Assembly: GCA_016844585.1 (NCBI GenBank)
Contig: JAERMM010000011.1
Span: forward strand, 1 to 49,747
Source of the DNA: Chloroflexota bacterium
GTDB lineage: Bacteria > Chloroflexota > UBA6077 > SHYK01
Direction of reading: 5' to 3'
DNA: 49,747 nt
This document shows positions 15,540-24,872 of the stretch, one piece after another. A program made the position numbers and the translations under genes. The notes beneath the pieces were generated by a model. The model saw only the letters and a list, made by a program, of their open reading frames with translations, was not told the DNA's origin and made no database searches. Each line of letters starts with the position of its first letter. The first letter of the stretch is position 1.

Positions 15540-16519
15540 AGCGAGCGCCTTCACGTGGGGCTCCAAGGCTGTGGTTTGCGGTAGGAGTCGTCACAGCCCT
15601 GCTGCTGCTGGCTGTGAGTGGCGTGCATGTCGGGAACGACGGAACGAAATCCGAGGGCACGGCGCTTGCCGCCGTCCCGGGTCGCATTCTCTTTGGCCAC
15701 GCTGGGGATATCTGGATCGCGGACGGCGGGGCCGTCTTTCCGCTGACGAACGGCGGTAGATACTGGTACCAGCCCGACGCTTCGCCCGATGGCTCGCGGC
15801 TTGCGCTGATCTCCTGGGGACAGAGCGCAACAGATGTCTATGTGATGAACACCGACGGTTCCGAAGTCCGCCAGCTCACCAATAGCCAGGCCCGACGTCT
15901 TCAAGACAATGCCTGGGTGTTCTTCCCGCGCTGGTCGCCGGATGGCCAGTCGATCGCGTTCATATCTGATCGCAACAGCAACTATCCGATGCTGTGGACC
16001 ATGCGAACAGATGGCAGCGGGGCCAGGCAGCTTACTCAGGCGCGGTCCAACCTCGACGCGGTAGACTCATTCTCATGGTCCCCAGATGGCTCGCAGATCG
16101 CGGCGACCCGATTTCAGTTGAACACAAGCCAGATCAATGTCATCGACGTTGCGCGACCCGCGAACTCGCGTATCCTGACCAACATTGCAGGTGGATCCTT
16201 CGATCCGAGCTGGTCGCCAGACGGGCAGCACATCGCGTTTGTGGCACGCGATGGACGACGCACGCTCATTGAGGTGCTGGACATTACTTCGAACGATCCA
16301 CCCACCGTCCTGGTCACCGCGGACTCGGCGCGCAGCCCGCGCTGGTCGCCGAACGGTTCGTCAATCGCCTATCTGGCGCTCTCAGGCGCCGAGTTCGAAT
16401 TGTTCGTCGTCGACCTCTTCATCACTCCAGAGGGTCGGTTGTTAGCCGGGCAACCAATCCAACTGACGAGCCAGTTTGGCGTGGACGCCACGTCTGGATT
16501 GACCTGGGTGCCAGGATGA
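15536..16519 (+). CDS. PD40/WD40-like beta-propeller protein (TolB-like) with N-terminal membrane anchor
   Basis: Repeated SPDG..IAF/SPDGS.LA PD40 motifs. N-terminal hydrophobic helix (LWFAVGVVTALLLLAV). ATG 15536 overlaps the pyrD stop (ATGA). Confidence 0.75.
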   Translation: MKRAPSRGAPRLWFAVGVVTALLLLAVSGVHVGNDGTKSEGTALAAVPGRILFGHAGDIWIADGGAVFPLTNGGRYWYQPDASPDGSRLALISWGQSATDVYVMNTDGSEVRQLTNSQARRLQDNAWVFFPRWSPDGQSIAFISDRNSNYPMLWTMRTDGSGARQLTQARSNLDAVDSFSWSPDGSQIAATRFQLNTSQINVIDVARPANSRILTNIAGGSFDPSWSPDGQHIAFVARDGRRTLIEVLDITSNDPPTVLVTADSARSPRWSPNGSSIAYLALSGAEFELFVVDLFITPEGRLLAGQPIQLTSQFGVDATSGLTWVPG

Positions 16520-16908
16520 GGATTCTGGACGGGTCCCTGCTGCCTCGCCGTGCACTTGCCGTCGCCACGGCGTTCGCGGCAGCGTATCTGGTGCTCCTGA
16601 CCGGTCAACGCGCGCTGGATGCCTACCGGATCAATCAGGAGGTCGAAGGGGTTCGTCGGGAGATTGTTGCCCTTCGAGGTCGCAACGTCACTTTGCAGGC
16701 CGAACTGACCGGCGGCCGCATCGACGAGGATATCGAGCGGGTCGCGCGCGAGGAGTTGGGTCTCACAAAACCTGGCGACCGTCCGATCATTTTAATTTGG
16801 CCGGAGCAGCCCGAGCCGCCGGCTGAGGCTCCGGTTTCAAGCACGATAGCTGAGCCGAACTGGAGATCCTGGCTTCGCTTGTTCTTCCAGGTTGATTCGC
16901 GCTCCTAG
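16516..16908 (+). CDS. septum formation initiator family protein (FtsB/DivIC-like)
   Basis: N-terminal TM helix, then a coiled coil (INQEVEGVRREIVALRGRNVTLQAEL) and ERVAREELGLTKPGD. ATGA overlap with the upstream gene. Confidence 0.7.
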   Translation: MRILDGSLLPRRALAVATAFAAAYLVLLTGQRALDAYRINQEVEGVRREIVALRGRNVTLQAELTGGRIDEDIERVAREELGLTKPGDRPIILIWPEQPEPPAEAPVSSTIAEPNWRSWLRLFFQVDSRS

Positions 16909-16951
16909 TCCTGGGGGACGAGGCCAGGCCCTGGGAATCCAAGAGTGACCG

Positions 16952-16978
16952 TTGGGCGTTGCACCTACTGGGTATAAT
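16952..16978 (+). promoter_or_regulatory. candidate ftsH promoter
   Basis: TTGGGC (16952-16957), 15-nt spacer, TATAAT (16973-16978), 70 nt upstream of the ftsH ATG. Confidence 0.3.
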
Positions 16979-17048
16979 CAGTCAACGCGCGTGCTCCACA
17001 ACGCGAGAGAGCACCGCGGTACGCGGTTCGCCCCGGCGGGAGTAACTC

Positions 17049-18983
17049 ATGGACAGCAAGTGGCTGCGGAACAGCTTCGTATATCTCATTCTCCTCGTGG
17101 CCGTGATAGCGCTTTTCTTTACCGCCTTTCCCCAGCCCGAGCGAGAGAATCAGTCAATCGGATTTAGCGCGGTAGCAAAGGATGTCGCCGCCGGCGCCGT
17201 CAGCAAGATCGAGGTTCGTGACGACAACCTCACCATCACCTACGCCGACAAGCGCAAGGCCACCTCTCGAAAAGACCCCAACGCGAGCGTCACGCAGCAG
17301 CTTCGCGACTATGGGGTGACCCCCGACAAGCTCGAAGACACCCTCATTGTCTATAGCGACCCTCCGCAGTTCGGAAACTGGCTGCAGATCCTGATCAATC
17401 TGCTGCCCCTGGTGTTTTTTGGCGCAATCCTGCTCTTCATGATGCGACAGGCACAGGGGTCGAACAACCAGGCCCTTTCCTTCGGAAAGAGTCGTGCGCG
17501 CATGTTCATGGCTAACAAGCCGTCGGTCACGTTCGCCGACGTTGCTGGTGTTGAGGAGCCTAAGCAGGAGTTGCACGAGGTCGTCGACTTCCTCAAATTC
17601 CCCGAGAAATTCGCGGCGCTCGGGGCGCGGATTCCGAAGGGTGTGCTGCTGGTGGGGCCACCTGGAACCGGCAAGACTCTGTTGTCGCGGGCGGTTGCCG
17701 GTGAAGCAGGGGTGCCGTTCTTCAGCATCAGCGGCTCAGAGTTCGTGGAGATGTTTGTCGGAGTGGGAGCATCTCGAGTGAGAGATCTCTTCGAGCAGGC
17801 GAAAAGAAACTCGCCGTGCATCATCTTTATCGATGAGATCGACGCAGTGGGCCGACAGCGCGGGGCGGGCCTCGGCGGCAGCCACGACGAGCGCGAGCAA
17901 ACGCTTAACCAGATCTTGGTGGAGATGGACGGCTTCGACGGGAATACGAACGTCATCGTCATTGCCGCCACAAACCGTCCTGATGTCCTCGACCCAGCAC
18001 TGCTTCGACCCGGGCGTTTCGACCGACACGTCGTATTGCCAGCACCGGACGTGGTTGGACGTCGGGCCGTGCTCGACGTTCACGCTAAAGGGAAGCCGTT
18101 GGCTAGCGACGTCGATCTCGGCGTATTGGCGAAGCAGACGCCCGGATTCTCCGGGGCTGACCTCGCCAACCTTATCAACGAGGGCGCGATCATTGCGGCG
18201 CGCCGAAACAAGCAGACCATTGGTATGGGCGAGATGGAGGAGGCGATCGATCGGGTAATCGCGGGGCCCGAGACGAAGAGCCGCATCATCTCCGACGAGG
18301 AGAAAAACCGCACAGCCGTGCATGAGGCTGGACATGCGGTCGTCGGTCGATTCTTGAAGAAACACGATCCGGTTCACAAGATCACCATCATCTCCCACGG
18401 CATGATGGGTGGCTACACGCGCTTCCTGCCGACCGAGGACCGACACATGTGGACGCGATCGCAGTTCGAGGATCGGTTGGCGGCCAGCCTCGGCGGTCAC
18501 GTGGCAGAGAAGCTCGTCTACGGGGAAATGAGCACAGGAGCGCAGAACGACCTCGAGGTCGCCACGAACCTCGCGCGCAAGATGGTGTGCGAGTACGGTA
18601 TGAGCGACGCTCTGGGGCCACGGACATTCGGCAAAAAGGAAGAGATGATCTTCCTGGGTCGGGAGATCTCCGAGCAGAAGAATTACAGCGAGAAAGTGGC
18701 CGAGGCGATCGATGAGGAGATTCGTCGCTTGATCGAGCACGCGCACAACCAGGCGATGCAGCTTCTGACCGACAATCGTCACATTCTCGACCTGCTCGCC
18801 GCCGAACTGATGAAGCGTGAAACGCTCGATGGGGAGGCCCTGGAACGAGTGTTCAACGGCCTGCCAGTCGAGGACCCTGCTCCGGTTGTTCCGCCTCCGA
18901 CCCCTTCCGCCCCAGCGGAACGATCCGAGCGACCTGTTCCTAATCGGCGCCCGCGCCTGGCGCCCGGCTCGAGCCTGCCCTAG
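17049..18983 (+). CDS. ftsH: ATP-dependent zinc metalloprotease FtsH
   Basis: Two N-terminal TM helices, Walker A GPPGTGKT, an SRH region and the zinc motif HEAGHA. Confidence 0.97.
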   Translation: MDSKWLRNSFVYLILLVAVIALFFTAFPQPERENQSIGFSAVAKDVAAGAVSKIEVRDDNLTITYADKRKATSRKDPNASVTQQLRDYGVTPDKLEDTLIVYSDPPQFGNWLQILINLLPLVFFGAILLFMMRQAQGSNNQALSFGKSRARMFMANKPSVTFADVAGVEEPKQELHEVVDFLKFPEKFAALGARIPKGVLLVGPPGTGKTLLSRAVAGEAGVPFFSISGSEFVEMFVGVGASRVRDLFEQAKRNSPCIIFIDEIDAVGRQRGAGLGGSHDEREQTLNQILVEMDGFDGNTNVIVIAATNRPDVLDPALLRPGRFDRHVVLPAPDVVGRRAVLDVHAKGKPLASDVDLGVLAKQTPGFSGADLANLINEGAIIAARRNKQTIGMGEMEEAIDRVIAGPETKSRIISDEEKNRTAVHEAGHAVVGRFLKKHDPVHKITIISHGMMGGYTRFLPTEDRHMWTRSQFEDRLAASLGGHVAEKLVYGEMSTGAQNDLEVATNLARKMVCEYGMSDALGPRTFGKKEEMIFLGREISEQKNYSEKVAEAIDEEIRRLIEHAHNQAMQLLTDNRHILDLLAAELMKRETLDGEALERVFNGLPVEDPAPVVPPPTPSAPAERSERPVPNRRPRLAPGSSLP

Positions 18984-18992
18984 CGGGCTCCG

Positions 18993-20024
18993 TTGGTAAC
19001 CGTATACACGGACGAGAGGTGCCTGGAGCATTTTGCTCCCGGTCACCCGGAGCGCCCTGAGCGCGTGGCCTCCGCGGTGACTGCGCTACGCGCGAATCCT
19101 CACGCCGACCGCCAGGTTTGGCCTGAGGTTTGGCCCGCGGAGCCGGGCCTCATCGCGCGCGTCCACCACGAGCCGCACGTGCGCCGTGTCGAGGATGTTG
19201 CGAAAAGCGGCGGTGGTTGGATGGACCCTGATACCTTCGTTGTGCCCCAGTCGTACCTGGCAGCGTGTTTGGCAGCCGGCGCCACGACCCAGGCTGTGAG
19301 GGACGTGCTGTCCGGGGCCCATGAAAACGCCTTGGTTCTGGTTCGGCCGCCAGGACACCACGCGACGGCCACTCGGTCCATGGGTTTTTGCCTATTCAAC
19401 AACGTCGCGGTCGCAGCCCAATGGGCGATTGACGAGGGTGGCGCCCAGCGGGTTGCAATCGCCGACATCGACGTCCACCACGGCAACGGCACGCAGGACA
19501 TCTTCTACACGCGTCCGGATGTCCTTTATTACTCTACGCACCAGTTCCCATTCTATCCGGGGACGGGAAGGCTTGAAGACGCGGGCTCGGACGATGGCGT
19601 CGGGACCACCGTCAACTTGCCGCTCATGCCCGGATGCGGCGATGAGACCTTTGAGTCCGCGACGGATCGGCTGCTTGCGCCTTCGTTGCGGCGGTTCAAT
19701 CCGGACCTTGTGATTATCTCGGTTGGATTTGACGCCCATTGGGCCGACCCCCTCGCACAGATGCGCATGTCGCTCAATGGCTACGCGGCAGTTCTGAAGC
19801 GAATCGGAGAATTGGCGGAAGAGCTGTGCGCTGGGCGGCTGGTCGTCGTGCTTGAAGGCGGATATGACCTGAAGGTCATCGCCGGAGGCGTATTGGCGGC
19901 GGCAGAGCTGCTGGATGGTCGAGAGCCAGCCTCCGATCCGGTCGGCCCGCCCCCAGTCGGGAGCGAGCCCCTTCGGGCCGAGGCCGTGATCGGCGCCGCC
20001 CGTACTCTTCACCGGCTTCCTTGA
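18993..20024 (+). CDS. histone deacetylase-family amidohydrolase (AcuC/acetylpolyamine amidohydrolase-like)
   Basis: Motifs RPPGHHA, DIDVHHGNGTQ and GFDAH. Confidence 0.85.
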   Translation: MVTVYTDERCLEHFAPGHPERPERVASAVTALRANPHADRQVWPEVWPAEPGLIARVHHEPHVRRVEDVAKSGGGWMDPDTFVVPQSYLAACLAAGATTQAVRDVLSGAHENALVLVRPPGHHATATRSMGFCLFNNVAVAAQWAIDEGGAQRVAIADIDVHHGNGTQDIFYTRPDVLYYSTHQFPFYPGTGRLEDAGSDDGVGTTVNLPLMPGCGDETFESATDRLLAPSLRRFNPDLVIISVGFDAHWADPLAQMRMSLNGYAAVLKRIGELAEELCAGRLVVVLEGGYDLKVIAGGVLAAAELLDGREPASDPVGPPPVGSEPLRAEAVIGAARTLHRLP

Positions 20025-20078
20025 CGGCAGTAATATGTGGTACGCCACTCGCAGCTAATCAGAGGGAAGGAAACCCAG

Positions 20079-22178
20079 TTGCTTGGCTTTATCAGTCGCG
20101 TCTTCGGGGACAACCCGGAGAAGGAAATCAAGAGTATTCAGCCCCTCGTCGAGCGCATCAACGGACTCGAGAGCGCGGCTTCGCGGCTTTCTGATCTGGA
20201 GCTGCGTGACAAGACAACTGAGCTCCGCGGGCGCTTTCTTGCCGGCGAATCGCTCGACGAGCTGCTTCCGGACGCTTTCGCCGTAGTTCGGGAGGCCGCG
20301 CGGCGCACGATTGGCCAGCGTCACTACGATGTCCAACTCATGGGTGGTATCGCGCTGCATCAAGGCAAGATCGCGGAGATGCGAACGGGCGAAGGCAAGA
20401 CCCTGGTGTCGACGCTGCCGGCCTACCTGAACGCGCTCGCGGGCAAAGGCGTCCACGTCGTTACCGTCAACGACTACCTGGCTAAGCGCGACCGCGATTG
20501 GGTTGGCCCCATCCACGAATTCCTTGGCCTCAGCGTCGGCGCCATCCAACACGACATGGACTTTCGCGCGCGCCGCGAAGCATATGCGTCCGACATCACC
20601 TACGGAACCAACAACGAGCTGGGCTTTGACTATCTTCGCGACAACATGGTCTGGACCGCGGCCGAGATGGTGCAGCGCGGGCTCAGTTTCGCCGTTGTCG
20701 ACGAGATCGACAACATCCTGGTCGATGAGGCACGCACGCCACTTATCATCTCGGGCCAGGCAGAAGAGTCAACTGATCAGTACGTCCTCTTCGCGCGGGT
20801 CGTCCCGCGCCTGCGGGAAGAAGAGGACTTCACGATCGATGAGAAGCACCGCGCCATCTCCTTGACTGAAGAGGGCACCAGCCGCGTCGAGCGCGCGGTA
20901 GGAGTAAACAACCTCTACGACCCCGACAACTATGAGATGGCGCATTACCTCGATCAGGCGCTCAAGGCACAGCTCATCTACAAGCGCGACCGTGACTACG
21001 TCGTCAATGACGGCGAGGTAGTGATCGTCGATGAGTTTACCGGGCGGCTGATGCCCGGGCGGCGATACGGGGAGGGGTTGCACCAGGCGATCGAGGCAAA
21101 GGAGGGCGTACGAGTTCAACGGGAGAATGTCACGCTCGCCACGATCACATTCCAGAATTACTTCCGCATGTACGAGAAGCTCGGAGGGATGACGGGCACG
21201 GCGATGACGGAGCGAGACGAATTCAGGAAGATCTACAACCTGGAGGTCGTCCCGATCCCGACGAATCGCCCGATGATTCGCGTTGATCAGGCGGACGTGA
21301 TTTACAAGTCCGAGGCGGGCAAGTTCAGAGCCGTCGTCGATGAGATCAAGGAGCTACATGCCACGGGTCAACCCGTGCTCGTCGGCACGATCTCGATTGA
21401 GAAGTCCGAAGAGTTGAGCGGTCTGCTGCAGCGAGAGGGCATCGACCACGAGGTACTCAACGCGAAGCAGCACGAACGCGAGGCGGGCATCATCGTGCAG
21501 GCGGGGCGCCCGGGGGCCGTCACCATTGCGACCAACATGGCTGGCCGCGGCGTAGACATCCTTCTCGGCGGAAATCCGGTTGGCCTGGCTGAGGCGATGG
21601 TGCGGCGCAAGTTCAAGGCCGCTGAAGAGGAGCCCCCACCGGAGGCAGTTGCCGCCATAGAGCAAGAGGCGCGCGAGTTGTGTGAACGCGACCATGTCAA
21701 GGTCGTCGAACTGGGTGGTCTGCACATCATCGGCACCGAACGCCATGAGGCGCGCCGTATCGACAACCAGCTCCGTGGCCGCGCTGGCCGACAGGGCGAC
21801 CCGGGCTCGTCTCGCTTCTACATTTCCCTCGAGGATGACCTTATGCGGCGCTTCGGGGGCGAAAGAATTTCCGGCCTGATGGACAAGCTAGGCCTGGACG
21901 AGGACGTGCCATTGGAGCACGGCCTGGTGAGCAAGTCGATCGAGAATGCCCAGCAAAAAGTCGAGGCATACAACTTCGACATGCGCAAACACGTCGTCGA
22001 GTACGACGACGTCATGAACAAGCAGCGCGAGGTGATCTACGCGGATCGTCGCGCCGTGCTAGGCGAAGACACGCTGCGCGAGATGCTGCTCGACTGGGTT
22101 GATCGCGAGGTCGAGGCATTGGTCACCGCCTATGCCGGTGGACGCGACGATGAGCGAGACCCGAGCTCGATCGCATGA
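20079..22178 (+). CDS. secA: preprotein translocase ATPase SecA, N-terminal ~700 aa (gene split by frame change)
   Basis: [18 protein letters not shown]-terminus, Walker [29 protein letters not shown]. The TTG 20079 start has GAGGGAAGGA upstream. The longest ORF starts at GTG 20037. Confidence 0.9.
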   Translation: MLGFISRVFGDNPEKEIKSIQPLVERINGLESAASRLSDLELRDKTTELRGRFLAGESLDELLPDAFAVVREAARRTIGQRHYDVQLMGGIALHQGKIAEMRTGEGKTLVSTLPAYLNALAGKGVHVVTVNDYLAKRDRDWVGPIHEFLGLSVGAIQHDMDFRARREAYASDITYGTNNELGFDYLRDNMVWTAAEMVQRGLSFAVVDEIDNILVDEARTPLIISGQAEESTDQYVLFARVVPRLREEEDFTIDEKHRAISLTEEGTSRVERAVGVNNLYDPDNYEMAHYLDQALKAQLIYKRDRDYVVNDGEVVIVDEFTGRLMPGRRYGEGLHQAIEAKEGVRVQRENVTLATITFQNYFRMYEKLGGMTGTAMTERDEFRKIYNLEVVPIPTNRPMIRVDQADVIYKSEAGKFRAVVDEIKELHATGQPVLVGTISIEKSEELSGLLQREGIDHEVLNAKQHEREAGIIVQAGRPGAVTIATNMAGRGVDILLGGNPVGLAEAMVRRKFKAAEEEPPPEAVAAIEQEARELCERDHVKVVELGGLHIIGTERHEARRIDNQLRGRAGRQGDPGSSRFYISLEDDLMRRFGGERISGLMDKLGLDEDVPLEHGLVSKSIENAQQKVEAYNFDMRKHVVEYDDVMNKQREVIYADRRAVLGEDTLREMLLDWVDREVEALVTAYAGGRDDERDPSSIA

Positions 22179-22630
22179 CGCCAGCCGAGCTGATGGAGTT
22201 CCTCAAGAGCTACTGTGAAGACGCATTCGACGAAAAGGAGCGGGATCTCGGACCTGAACTCATGCGCATGGCCGAGCGCCAGGTCGTCATCCCAGTCATC
22301 GATTCGTTGTGGGTGCGACACCTGACGGCACTGGACGACCTCCGTCAGGGCATCGGACTCCGTGCATACGGTCAGCGCGACCCGTTGGTCGAGTACAAAG
22401 TGGAAGCCGCGACCATGTTCGATGAGCTTCTCCGCGCCATTCAGCACGACGTTGCTCACCTGATCTATCGGGTGAGGCTTGCCCAGGAGCGCCCGCGTCC
22501 TCGGGCCCAGCAGATGGCGACGAACCGTGGTGGGTCGGGACAACCAGCCAAAGTAGGGCGTAAGATCGGGCGGAACGACCCTTGCTTCTGCGGGAGCGGC
22601 AAAAAGTACAAGCTTTGCCACGGTCGTTAG
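22175..22630 (+). CDS. secA: SecA C-terminal fragment (helical wing/IRA1 plus zinc-binding CTD)
   Basis: [34 protein letters not shown] and the terminal [19 protein letters not shown] zinc motif. The frame is open from 22154. Confidence 0.9.
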   Translation: MTPAELMEFLKSYCEDAFDEKERDLGPELMRMAERQVVIPVIDSLWVRHLTALDDLRQGIGLRAYGQRDPLVEYKVEAATMFDELLRAIQHDVAHLIYRVRLAQERPRPRAQQMATNRGGSGQPAKVGRKIGRNDPCFCGSGKKYKLCHGR

Positions 22631-22635
22631 GGCGA

Positions 22636-22665
22636 TTGATAGATTATGAGGAATGAAGCTATGAG
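22636..22665 (+). promoter_or_regulatory. candidate promoter for the moxR operon
   Basis: TTGATA (22636-22641), 18 nt, TATGAG (22660-22665), in the AT-richer secA-moxR spacer. Confidence 0.25.
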
Positions 22666-22688
22666 TAGTGCGCTCGGTTGGAGGGTGA

Positions 22689-23639
22689 ATGACGGACGGT
22701 AGCCGGACGCTTCGTTCAGTGCTGGACAATGTGTCGCGGGTCCTCATCGGGAAGCGGCATGAAGTCGAGCTGGCGCTCATCGGGCTTGCGAGTGAGGGCC
22801 ACCTCCTCATCGAGGACGTGCCCGGCGTAGGTAAGACCATGCTGGCAAAATCGCTGGCGAAGTCGATCGGCTGCACCTTCCGTCGCATTCAATTTACGCC
22901 TGACCTGCTTCCAAGCGATGTGACCGGCGTATCGATTTACAATCAGAAGACAGGTGAGTTCGAGTTTCGCCCCGGCCCCATCATTGCACAGATAGTCCTT
23001 GCCGATGAGATCAACCGGGCGACCCCGAAAACACAGTCCGCAATGCTCGAGTCAATGGAGGAGCGACATCTCACCGTCGACGGAGTAACTCACGCGCTGC
23101 CGGCACCGTTCATGGTGATGGCGACGCAAAACCCCATCGAATATGAGGGCACGTTCCCGCTCCCTGAGGCGCAGCTCGACCGGTTCATCATGCGCGTTCA
23201 CCTGGGTTATCCCGCGCGCGATGACGAAGTCGCGGTCCTCGAGTCGCAGACACTCTCCCATCCTATTGAGGACATCGGACAGGTCGTGTCTGCTGATGAC
23301 CTTATTGCAACGCAGCACCAGGTCCGTCAAGTTCGCGTCGATCCGCTGATCCGCCGATACATCGTCGACATCGTGGCCGCAACCCGATCACATCCTGACG
23401 TTTACCTCGGGGCTAGCCCGCGCGGGTCGCTCGCCCTCTTTCGCACCTCTCAGGCCGCCGCGTTGCTGGCCGGTCGCGACTACGTGATCCCGGACGACAC
23501 CAAGGCGCTGGTAGAGACGGTTCTGGCACACCGCGTGATCATGAATCCGTCGGCTCGTGTTCGGAATCTTCAGTCCAGCGCGGTGCTCCAGGAACTCATC
23601 CAGACCGTCGCCGTCCCAGGCACGCGGGTGCCCGCTTAA
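22689..23639 (+). CDS. MoxR-family AAA+ ATPase
   Basis: Walker A DVPGVGKT, Walker [20 protein letters not shown]. About 316 aa, typical MoxR length. GGAGGGTGA RBS. Confidence 0.92.
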   Translation: MTDGSRTLRSVLDNVSRVLIGKRHEVELALIGLASEGHLLIEDVPGVGKTMLAKSLAKSIGCTFRRIQFTPDLLPSDVTGVSIYNQKTGEFEFRPGPIIAQIVLADEINRATPKTQSAMLESMEERHLTVDGVTHALPAPFMVMATQNPIEYEGTFPLPEAQLDRFIMRVHLGYPARDDEVAVLESQTLSHPIEDIGQVVSADDLIATQHQVRQVRVDPLIRRYIVDIVAATRSHPDVYLGASPRGSLALFRTSQAAALLAGRDYVIPDDTKALVETVLAHRVIMNPSARVRNLQSSAVLQELIQTVAVPGTRVPA

Positions 23640-23648
23640 AGCGCACCA

Positions 23649-24872
23649 ATGAAGACGCTCGGGCTCCTCGCGCTCTGGCTTGCCACCCTGGTGATCGCTT
23701 TCGCCGGTGGGTGGAGCGTCATGTACCGCGTCTCTTACGTGCTCCTTTTGCTCATCACCATCTCCTGGGTCTGGACGCTGGTCTCCATCCGAACGTTGAC
23801 CGTCGAACGGCGCAACCGTGCTCAGCGAGCGCAAGTCGGCGGGTTCTTCGAAGAGTGGGTGGCAGTAGACAACATCTCCTACCTCCCCAAGGCCTGGGTT
23901 GAGATGCGCTCGGAGTCGAACCTCGTGGACCACGCCGTGCGACGCGGATTCTTTCTTGGGCCGAAGAGTCGTCGCACCTGGATGTTGCGGACCGAGTGCA
24001 CCTCTCGCGGCAAGTTCCATCTCGGAGATATCGCCATCGCCACGGGAGACCCGTTTGGCCTCTTTCAGCGTCAGGCGCGCTTCGGCTCGGAGACGACGAT
24101 TCTGATCTATCCGCGCACCGTTGACTTCGTCACGCCCGGACGCATCCCGGGACAGCTCCCAGGAGGCGTGCAGCAGAGCGGCCACGTGCCCTTCGTCACC
24201 CCGACAGTCGCGGGCGTGCGCGACTATCAGCCCTCCGACTCCTACAACCGCATCCACTGGCCAACAACTGCCCGCACCGGGCGTCTGATGGTAAAGGAGT
24301 TCGAGCTGGACCCTTTCGCGGACATCTGGGTCGTGATCGATCTCGACCGCCAGGTACACGTCGGGCGCGGCCCTGAGTCGACCGAGGAATATGCCGTGAC
24401 GGTCGCGGCCTCGCTCGCGCGCCACTTCCTGGTGCAGAACCGGTCAGTCGGGCTCCTGAGCCAGAAGGAATTGCTGCACCCAGACCGCGGATCGCGACAG
24501 CTCACCAAGGTGCTCGAGTGGCTCGCCGTGGCGCAAGGAGACCGATGGGAGACGCTGGGGGAGACGCTGACGGCGGAGAGCTTGCGGATCAGTCGACTGG
24601 CTACGGTAGTGATTGTCACGCCGTCTCTCGCGACCGACTGGGTGGTAGCGGCGCACCAGCTCACGTTGCGCGGAGTGAGCGTAATGGTCGCGTTGGTTGA
24701 GTCCGCGACGTTCGGGAGTGGCCTTTCGTCGATCACAACAGTTGGCTCGCTCGCGGCCGCGAACATCCCGACCTACCTTGTGAAGCGAGGCGAACCTCTC
24801 GAAGGCCTGCTGACGCAGCCAAGCATCGCGGCTGTCACGGCGCCGCATGCCCGTCAAGCAGTTCCGCGGTGA
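23649..24872 (+). CDS. DUF58 domain-containing membrane protein
   Basis: N-terminal TM helices. DUF58 signature VRDYQPSDSYNRIHWPTTARTGRLMVKEFE. Directly follows moxR. Confidence 0.85.
   Translation: MKTLGLLALWLATLVIAFAGGWSVMYRVSYVLLLLITISWVWTLVSIRTLTVERRNRAQRAQVGGFFEEWVAVDNISYLPKAWVEMRSESNLVDHAVRRGFFLGPKSRRTWMLRTECTSRGKFHLGDIAIATGDPFGLFQRQARFGSETTILIYPRTVDFVTPGRIPGQLPGGVQQSGHVPFVTPTVAGVRDYQPSDSYNRIHWPTTARTGRLMVKEFELDPFADIWVVIDLDRQVHVGRGPESTEEYAVTVAASLARHFLVQNRSVGLLSQKELLHPDRGSRQLTKVLEWLAVAQGDRWETLGETLTAESLRISRLATVVIVTPSLATDWVVAAHQLTLRGVSVMVALVESATFGSGLSSITTVGSLAAANIPTYLVKRGEPLEGLLTQPSIAAVTAPHARQAVPR

Noticed and set aside
22176-22178. Selenocysteine insertion, stop-codon readthrough or programmed frameshift at the secA TGA.
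   Set aside because: Frame 0 hits another stop 4 codons later and encodes no SecA-like sequence. I see no slippery heptamer or SECIS-like hairpin. The homologous continuation is in frame 2.
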